Part shown: in pieces, positions 47,059 through 52,940 of the stretch
How the letters are laid out: each line of letters starts with the position of its first letter
Position numbering within the stretch: the first letter of the stretch is position 1
From: Bacteroidota bacterium
GTDB taxonomy: Bacteria; Bacteroidota; Ignavibacteria; UBA10030
Length of the DNA stretch: 52,940 bases
Reading direction: 5' to 3'
NCBI GenBank assembly: GCA_017882185.1
Contig: JADGQA010000001.1
Location: forward strand, 1 to 52,940
Notes under the pieces: generated by a model
The model's input: only the letters and a program-made list of their open reading frames with translations
Databases searched by the model: none
Told to the model about the DNA's origin: nothing
Translations under genes and position numbers: made by a program

Positions 47059-47462
47059 ACCCTTCCATCAAGCAGTCTGATAATGCGCGAACCATAAGCT
47101 GCGTTTTTTTCTGAGTGCGTCACCCGATTGAAGCTGTTGAACGCTGGGTGATCGCCTTTCTCGGTCTACAAAGATGTGTGACTTGAGAGCGGGCCGAGCA
47201 TTCGGATTCTTTGAGTCAGCGGGAGATGGGGGATGAAAAACGACACAGCGAGACGAGAAACTTTCTGTGCTGGGAATATGTCCCCCCGAAAGTACCAAAT
47301 TACCAGATTGTGACCAGACTCACGATTCAGCCGAGACCAGATTTCTATATTGGGTCATGGCTGTTGAAGCATTCTGTGGTGCTGTAGAGCTGAGGGGAGG
47401 CTCTATGGTGAGTACGGGATGCTTCTTTTGTTAGAAAGCCCACCGGAAGTAGGCGTTGAAGA

Positions 47463-48194
47463 TCAGTAAAGGGTTCCGAAACTTAACGTGATGTAAAGCC
47501 CGCCAAAATTCTTGATGATTGAATTCGTCATTACCTGAATTCCGCCCGGGAAGGGAGAGAAATAATACCGGACATTCAATCCGGAAAGTGAACCCTTGTC
47601 CAGTCCAAAATATGCCCCCGCTCCAATGTATCCACCTATCGTGTAGCGAAGCCTGCCGTATTTGAGACTCGAGAAAAAGTCAATTTGACTGAACGTCGAT
47701 TGGCCGGTGACGGGATCAACTTGTGGTGTTGCGTAAGGGGCTACAAAGATGAGGCTCGGCCCAAACCCTGCCGAAAAGTAAGGTCGAAAATTGTCGACAA
47801 TATCATCTTTGAAGAGCCTGTATTGGATTCCGGCAACAAGCGGCATATAAATGAGGCGGTTCACTTTGTTGGGTACATACGATTGACCGGTAAAGTAATC
47901 GTAGTAATCCACTTCTCCTTCATCTTTCACATCGGAAATTGCAAAATCGAGGAATCCGGAGATCTCATCGGTATACTCGTGTCTCAGGAAAAATCCCGCA
48001 CCGAATCCGTTATTGGACATCAGGAGGTCAAATCCCCACGCGTTGAGGAGGGGAGTATAGGCGGTCTGGTTAACGAGGTTGGCATCGACGGGCTGGAAGA
48101 TAATAGTGGAATCTTTGGCCGTCTTTGCCTGCGCGGCTGCAAAACTGGTGAGAAGAAACATTAATGTCGCTGCAAGGATCGCGCGCCGCACCAT
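47463..48194 (-). CDS. outer-membrane beta-barrel protein (hypothetical)
   Basis: The start is trimmed to the ATG at 48194, after GGAGGG, giving the signal peptide MVRRAILAATLMFLLTSFAAAQA. The protein has alternating aromatic/Gly-rich strands and a C-terminal ...SFGTLY. Confidence 0.6.
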   Translation of the reverse strand: MVRRAILAATLMFLLTSFAAAQAKTAKDSTIIFQPVDANLVNQTAYTPLLNAWGFDLLMSNNGFGAGFFLRHEYTDEISGFLDFAISDVKDEGEVDYYDYFTGQSYVPNKVNRLIYMPLVAGIQYRLFKDDIVDNFRPYFSAGFGPSLIFVAPYATPQVDPVTGQSTFSQIDFFSSLKYGRLRYTIGGYIGAGAYFGLDKGSLSGLNVRYYFSPFPGGIQVMTNSIIKNFGGLYITLSFGTLY

Positions 48195-48273
48195 CGTAAA
48201 TCCCTCCTTTCCCAAGGAAAACACCCTACGACCAAATATAATTCCCCTGAAGGTGAAAAACAATATTCAGTCT

Positions 48274-49443
48274 CTAGAGCACGGAGAAGACTGCAAATTT
48301 CAGGTATTTCGTTTCTGGCATTGAAACGAGCACGGGATGGTCGGGACTGGCACCTGACAATTCCAGGAGTCTCAGTTTTCTGCCAGACTTTCTTGAACTC
48401 TCGTCAACAGTATCGAGAAACGATTCTTCGGTGATATGGTGCGAACAAGACGCTGTAATCAAAAATCCACCCTCATTGATAAGTGTCAATGCCAATCCAT
48501 TGATCGTCTTGTAACCCTTTAAGGCGCTTTTCACGTTCTTGCGGCTTCGTGTGAAAGAAGGCGGATCGAGAATCACGACGTCAAACCTCTTCTTTTGGAG
48601 AGAATACTCCTTCAAGACCTCAAAAACATCGCCCTGCCTAAATTCAATATTCTCCTGCTGGTTGATCACCGAATTCACACGTCCGCGTTCTACCGCGGTT
48701 TCCGAAATGTCGACGGCGAGGACATTCTTTGCTCCCCCGAGCGAAGCATTTATTGCGAATCCACCCTCGTTGCAGAAGCAATCGAGCACATCTCCATCCC
48801 GAACGTACTGTCGGACTACTCTGCGATTTTGACGCTGGTCGAGAAAGAATCCGGTTTTTTGGCCCTTCAAGAGGTCAACGTTGAACTTCGCTCCGTGTTC
48901 ACTCACGATCGTATGTTCCGCAATTCCTCGTAAAGTCCCTTTCTTTTCCTCGAGATGTTCCAACGTGCGAAGCGGGCTCTCATTTCGTTCAACGATAGCT
49001 TTGGGATGGAGCAACGTCTCCAAAGTATCGCATATCTCGTTCAGTCGTCTGTCCATTCCTGATGATAGTGTCTGGATGGAAAGGTATTCATTGTACTTGT
49101 CGATGATGAGGCCGGGCAAATAGTCGCTCTCACCGTTAACCATCCTGTACGTTTCTGAATCAGGGAATAGTTTTTTTCGGAGGTTGAATGCTTCCGTAAT
49201 TCGTCGTTCGAAGAATCCTGACGATATCTCCTCTTGTTGCGAAGTAAGGAATCGGACCGATATGAGAGAATGCGGATTGAAGTAGCCCAAGCCAAGGAAG
49301 CGGCGGTCGTAAGTGAGTATCTCGACAACATCTCCGGCGAGCGGCGAACCGTTAAGACTCGCGATCTCATTACTGAAGATCCATTGATGTCCCGCGAGAA
49401 GCCGCACATCCTCGTGTTTCTTGAGAATGATTTGATTTTCCAT
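48274..49443 (-). CDS. rlmI: class I SAM-dependent rRNA (cytosine-C5) methyltransferase, RlmI/YccW family
   Basis: The protein has an N-terminal PUA-like domain. The SAM-binding motif is VLDCFCNEGGFA, and DVVILDPPSF and SCSHH are also present. Confidence 0.8.
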   Translation of the reverse strand: MENQIILKKHEDVRLLAGHQWIFSNEIASLNGSPLAGDVVEILTYDRRFLGLGYFNPHSLISVRFLTSQQEEISSGFFERRITEAFNLRKKLFPDSETYRMVNGESDYLPGLIIDKYNEYLSIQTLSSGMDRRLNEICDTLETLLHPKAIVERNESPLRTLEHLEEKKGTLRGIAEHTIVSEHGAKFNVDLLKGQKTGFFLDQRQNRRVVRQYVRDGDVLDCFCNEGGFAINASLGGAKNVLAVDISETAVERGRVNSVINQQENIEFRQGDVFEVLKEYSLQKKRFDVVILDPPSFTRSRKNVKSALKGYKTINGLALTLINEGGFLITASCSHHITEESFLDTVDESSRKSGRKLRLLELSGASPDHPVLVSMPETKYLKFAVFSVL

Positions 49444-49589
49444 ATGATGATGGTAGACAGAAATGGAGCGAGAATCAAGGTATGCAGTTTCGGATTCAGT
49501 TCTGAATGTGTGCGTTTTTGGTACAGAGGTTCCGCAGAGTCAACAAGAGAATACGCCACGAAAGGATTATGTATCAATGGAAGTCAAGG

Positions 49590-49618
49590 TTGAATCAAAA
49601 CCAAATGAATGCTATATT
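49590..49618 (+). promoter_or_regulatory. sigma70-like promoter upstream of fbaB
   Basis: TTGAAT-N17-TATATT ends 52 nt before the ATG at 49670. Confidence 0.45.
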
Positions 49619-49669
49619 TCGTGAGTAGAGAGTATTTCTGCCACGCTGTTTTCAAGAGGAGCATACGAA

Positions 49670-50734
49670 ATGATCAATATCACGCAAGTACTGGGAAATG
49701 AAGCTAAGTCATTACTCGAACATCAGTGCAAAACGATTCCGAAGGAAAGCCTGTTTCTGCCTGGTCCCGATTTCGTGGACCGGGTGTTTGCGCTTTCTGA
49801 TCGACCAACCCCCGTGTTGAAAAGTCTGCAGCAAATATTTGGTTGCGGACGCCTTGCCGGCACAGGTTTCCTTTCGATTCTGCCGGTGGATCAGGGGATC
49901 GAGCATTCTGCAGGAGCATCGTTTGCTCCCAATCCGATGTACTTTGAGCCCGAAAATATTATCAGATTGGCCATCGAGGGCGGATGTAATGCCGTTGCAT
50001 CGACGCTCGGTGTGCTCGGTGCCGTCGCCCGCAAGTACGCACACAAGATTCCTTTTATCTTGAAGATCAATCATAACGAGTTTCTTTCTTATCCAAACAC
50101 CTACGACCAGACAATGTTCGCGAGCGTCGATCAGGCATATGAGATGGGAGCTGTTGCTCTTGGAGCAACCATCTACTTTGGATCCGCAGAATCTCGCAGG
50201 CAAATCTGGGAAGTGAGCCAGGCATTCCATCACGCTCACAAGATGGGGATGGCAACCATACTGTGGTGCTATACCCGCAATGCGGCATTCAAAACAAAGG
50301 AAAAAGACTATCACGTATCCGCCGATCTCACCGGTCAGGCAAACCACCTTGGAGTTACGATTGAGGCCGATATCGTCAAACAGAAACTGCCGGAGAACAA
50401 CGGCGGCTACCTTGCGCTCAACACCAAGGAAAACCCGTACGGCAAAACAAGCAAGAAAATCTATGAACAACTTTCATCAGATCATCCGATTGACCTGACG
50501 CGCTATCAGGTCGCGAACGGCTACATGGGCCGCGCCGGACTGATTAACTCTGGCGGAGCCTCCGGCGAAAATGATATTGCTGAGGCCGTAAAGACCGCAG
50601 TGATCAATAAACGCGCCGGAGGAATGGGTCTTATATCGGGACGCAAAGCGTTCCAGAAACCAATGAAAGATGGAGTGGCAATTCTGAATGCAATCCAGGA
50701 TGTGTATCTTTCGAAAGAAGTGACGATTGCCTGA
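49670..50734 (+). CDS. fbaB: class I fructose-bisphosphate aldolase (FbaB/DhnA type)
   Basis: The sequence closely resembles E. coli FbaB throughout as I recall it ([80 protein letters not shown]). Confidence 0.9.
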   Translation: MINITQVLGNEAKSLLEHQCKTIPKESLFLPGPDFVDRVFALSDRPTPVLKSLQQIFGCGRLAGTGFLSILPVDQGIEHSAGASFAPNPMYFEPENIIRLAIEGGCNAVASTLGVLGAVARKYAHKIPFILKINHNEFLSYPNTYDQTMFASVDQAYEMGAVALGATIYFGSAESRRQIWEVSQAFHHAHKMGMATILWCYTRNAAFKTKEKDYHVSADLTGQANHLGVTIEADIVKQKLPENNGGYLALNTKENPYGKTSKKIYEQLSSDHPIDLTRYQVANGYMGRAGLINSGGASGENDIAEAVKTAVINKRAGGMGLISGRKAFQKPMKDGVAILNAIQDVYLSKEVTIA

Positions 50735-50793
50735 CGTTTGCACCGTGGTCGAACTGGTTTACCGATAGGGGTGAAGAAGCATAGAGGTGGACT

Positions 50794-50836
50794 TTGAAGG
50801 CGTCAAGGTGCGTGCTTGGCGCCTTTGATGTTTTTC
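50794..50836 (+). terminator. intrinsic terminator after fbaB
   Basis: The roughly 11-bp stem AAGGCGTCAAG / CTTGGCGCCTT (one wobble) is followed by TGATGTTTTT. Confidence 0.55.
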
Positions 50837-50876
50837 AGGAATCCAGTGATTGTCGTTACAAAATCATGCGAATACT

Positions 50877-51527
50877 ATGGGTTTGAAATGTATTATCTTC
50901 GACGTAGATGGAACACTCACAGCAACAAGTCGCTTGATTTTCGATTCCTTCAATCACATTGCAGAACGTTACAGACAACGTCGATATACAGATGAAGAGA
51001 TCATCAAGATGTTCGGTCCGCCGGAGGAGGGAGCATTGCTCTCCATCGTTGGAAAGGATCAGATAGATGAAGCGATGATCGAGTACCTTGAATACTACAG
51101 AAAACGCCACAGTGAACTGGCGCACCTTCACGAAGGAATGATCCAAGTCCTTGATTTTATCCAAAGTCATGGATGCAAATTGGCGATCTTTACAGGCAAG
51201 GGGACACACACGACCAGGATATCATTGCAGGAACTCGGAATCGACAAATACTTCGATTACATCGTGACGGGGAATGACGTTCTGAATCATAAACCATCGG
51301 CAGAAGGATTGATCAAAATCCTCAAACATTTTTCGCTCGCACCGGAAGAAGCTCTCATGATCGGCGACGCCGTTTCCGATATCAAGGCAGCACACGAGGC
51401 TGGGATAAAAGTGGCGGTGGCGCTGTGGGATTCTTATGCGGGAGATAAGGTCCGCTCCCTGCCGACAGATTATTCGTTTCATACGGTAGCGGAGTTAGAA
51501 CAGTGGCTAAGGAAAAATCTTGACTGA
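50877..51527 (+). CDS. HAD-family hydrolase (phosphoglycolate phosphatase / PpaX-like)
   Basis: The start is trimmed to the ATG at 50877 (MGLKCIIFDVDGTL, HAD motif I). Motif II is FTGK and motif III/IV is MIGDAVSDIKAA. Confidence 0.8.
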   Translation: MGLKCIIFDVDGTLTATSRLIFDSFNHIAERYRQRRYTDEEIIKMFGPPEEGALLSIVGKDQIDEAMIEYLEYYRKRHSELAHLHEGMIQVLDFIQSHGCKLAIFTGKGTHTTRISLQELGIDKYFDYIVTGNDVLNHKPSAEGLIKILKHFSLAPEEALMIGDAVSDIKAAHEAGIKVAVALWDSYAGDKVRSLPTDYSFHTVAELEQWLRKNLD

Positions 51528-52940
51528 CCAATCTCAGCACGTGATCGAACAACAAGTTCTTTCTCCATTCTGGGGAGCAATGGTGAAACTCGGCCCGGCG
51601 ATCATTGTTTCTCTGTTCTATATCACTGTTGTGCTCCACTATACATACACCCCCGACGATACGTACATCTATCTTCAGTATGCTAAGAACATTGCGCACG
51701 GAGGCGGCTTTTCTTTCAACGCAAACACTCCAAGTTATGGAATCACGGAACCGTTGTGGGTTCTTTTGATCGCCGGTGGTGCGAAAGCTGGCTTGGATCC
51801 GTTCATTGTTGCGAAAACGTTCGACATTCTGTTTGCAAGTCTGTCGATTGTTCTTGTCTACACGTTCTCAGCAACCCTTATACAAGATAAGGTCTATGCT
51901 TTGTTCGCGGCTTTGGTTGTCTCGTTCGATGCGTGGTTTCTTCGATGGTCGGGATCAGGCATGGAAACTTCATTTGCAGTAATCCTTGTCCTCATCGCCG
52001 TAAAGTATGCCTATCTTGGGGATTATCATATTGCGGGATTTGTTGCCGGTCTGCTCACTCTTGTTCGCCCGGAGGGTGTGCTTTTGTTTGTCGTTATTCA
52101 AATGGAGAATTTCATAGTGTCATTTGTGCTCGGAAAGAACAAGCGCTTGTTTTGGACGGCGTCAGCGCTGTATCTCCTCGTAGTACTACCGTGGATGATT
52201 TTTTCGTACGAGACGTTCGGATCGATCGTTCCGAACACCGAGCTCGCGAAAACGGCTGTGCGTTGGTCATTTCTAACAATGATGAGTACGGCGATCGAAT
52301 CCCTCCGCGTCTTGGGTTCCACACAACTGTTGATGGTCCTGGTGCTCTTGGTGGGTATACCGTTGGTGATCCTGAAAGGGGGAATCGGTGCTTTCGTCGC
52401 AAAAGGGATGCCGATCCTCTGGATACTGGGTCTTATTTCTGGTTACGTTGTGCTCAACGTGCAAGTGGTTTCTCGATATCTCGTTCCAACCATTCCCCTG
52501 ATAATCATTTATTCATTCTGGGGCCTCAAACAAATGGAAGTATCGTATCACTGGTCGCCCAGGAAAGCCCTCGTAGTACTCTTTACGATCTCTGCTGCAA
52601 CGATTCTTCAGAGCCAAATGGTTTACAGAATCACAGTCGTGCCGCACATGCAGGCCTTTACAAGAGGTATGGAGCACGGAATCAAACCGATTGCACTCTG
52701 GTTGCGCGCCAATTCCAGCCAAGATGCATCCGTGCTGACACCCGATGTCGGCATGCTGGGATATCTTACAGACAGGGAGATATTCGATACGGCTGGTCTC
52801 ATCACGCCTTCCGTAAAAAGGGCATTCAATGGATTCGGCTACGATGAAGGCATGAAGCAAAAACTCTACAGTACGGCCATCAATCCGGATTTTATCGTCG
52901 ACCGCGCGACATCAAAGGAGAGACTGTCATCCGATTTCGT
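51520..52940 (+). CDS. polytopic membrane protein, GT-C-fold glycosyltransferase-like; 3' end runs off the window
   Basis: This ORF is missing from the track because no stop falls inside the window. The frame is open from 51511 to the window end. Candidate starts are TTG 51520 (overlapping the HAD stop) and ATG 51580. Translation gives ...YTPDDTYIYLQYAKNIAHGGGFSFN...GITEPLWVLLIAG..., followed by more than 10 hydrophobic segments. Confidence 0.6.
   Translation, partial: MTDQSQHVIEQQVLSPFWGAMVKLGPAIIVSLFYITVVLHYTYTPDDTYIYLQYAKNIAHGGGFSFNANTPSYGITEPLWVLLIAGGAKAGLDPFIVAKTFDILFASLSIVLVYTFSATLIQDKVYALFAALVVSFDAWFLRWSGSGMETSFAVILVLIAVKYAYLGDYHIAGFVAGLLTLVRPEGVLLFVVIQMENFIVSFVLGKNKRLFWTASALYLLVVLPWMIFSYETFGSIVPNTELAKTAVRWSFLTMMSTAIESLRVLGSTQLLMVLVLLVGIPLVILKGGIGAFVAKGMPILWILGLISGYVVLNVQVVSRYLVPTIPLIIIYSFWGLKQMEVSYHWSPRKALVVLFTISAATILQSQMVYRITVVPHMQAFTRGMEHGIKPIALWLRANSSQDASVLTPDVGMLGYLTDREIFDTAGLITPSVKRAFNGFGYDEGMKQKLYSTAINPDFIVDRATSKERLSSDF

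Noticed and set aside
47068-47298. These are a 76-aa minus-strand ORF and a roughly 52-aa plus-strand ORF (starting near 47226) in the uvrA/OMP convergent gap.
   Set aside because: Neither has an RBS or a recognisable motif. Their composition is biased and they overlap each other. There is not enough evidence to call a gene.
51933-52847. This is the 304-aa plus-strand ORF listed in the track near the window end.
   Set aside because: It is out of frame with the continuous membrane-protein ORF that runs from 51520 to the window end. Its translation is Arg/Cys/Ser-rich and not protein-like.

Overview
This window reads as an ordinary, densely packed housekeeping region, almost entirely plus-strand, probably from an FCB-group bacterium (Ignavibacteria/Chlorobi/Rhodothermus-like). 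The lineage guess rests on a T9SS C-terminal sorting domain, a bS22-like basic peptide and an nhaD-nuoN linkage, and it is inference only. I found no CRISPR array, transposase, integrase, phage module, toxin-antitoxin pair or defence-like cluster, so I cannot support a new multi-gene system here.

Recognisable content, in order:
- nhaD-like permease, nuoN, nnr, vanZ.
- tgt, yajC, greA, a CYTH protein.
- tRNA-Gly(GCC), tRNA-Cys(GCA), serA, tRNA-Leu(UAA).
- A small c-type cytochrome lipoprotein and a GH29 fucosidase.
- SUI1/YciH, tRNA-Val(GAC), then the classical thrS-infC-rpmI-rplT-pheS-pheT cluster.
- ZapB-like protein, zapA, a structured noncoding gap, then rny-coaE-argD-like, a thioredoxin-fold protein and a nitronate-monooxygenase-like gene.
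- metH, gpmA, DUF309, ferredoxin, MBL hydrolase, Rieske-like protein, queG, trxB, a PAS protein.
- sppA, HU, a zinc-ribbon/TPR protein, a 31-aa basic peptide, YtxH, DUF948, an EF-G2-like paralogue.
- A VIT-vWA T9SS cargo protein (minus strand), uvrA, an OMP and rlmI (both minus strand), fbaB, a HAD hydrolase.
- A GT-C-like membrane protein that runs off the 3' edge of the window.

Corrections to the ORF track:
- N-terminal over-extensions trimmed for nuoN, tgt, greA, trxB, uvrA, the OMP and others.
- infC starts at ATT.
- A bS22-like small ORF and the 3'-open membrane-protein ORF are missing from the track.
- Several long antisense or off-frame ORFs are shadows of real genes.

The most interesting items are noncoding or small:
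- A roughly 250-nt rod-like RNA candidate between zapA and rny.
- Terminator-like hairpins immediately upstream of thrS and in the metH leader.
- A partial tRNA-Gly duplication.
- A thioredoxin-fold protein with NxxC in place of CxxC.

All family calls were made by eye from the translations. No database search was run.
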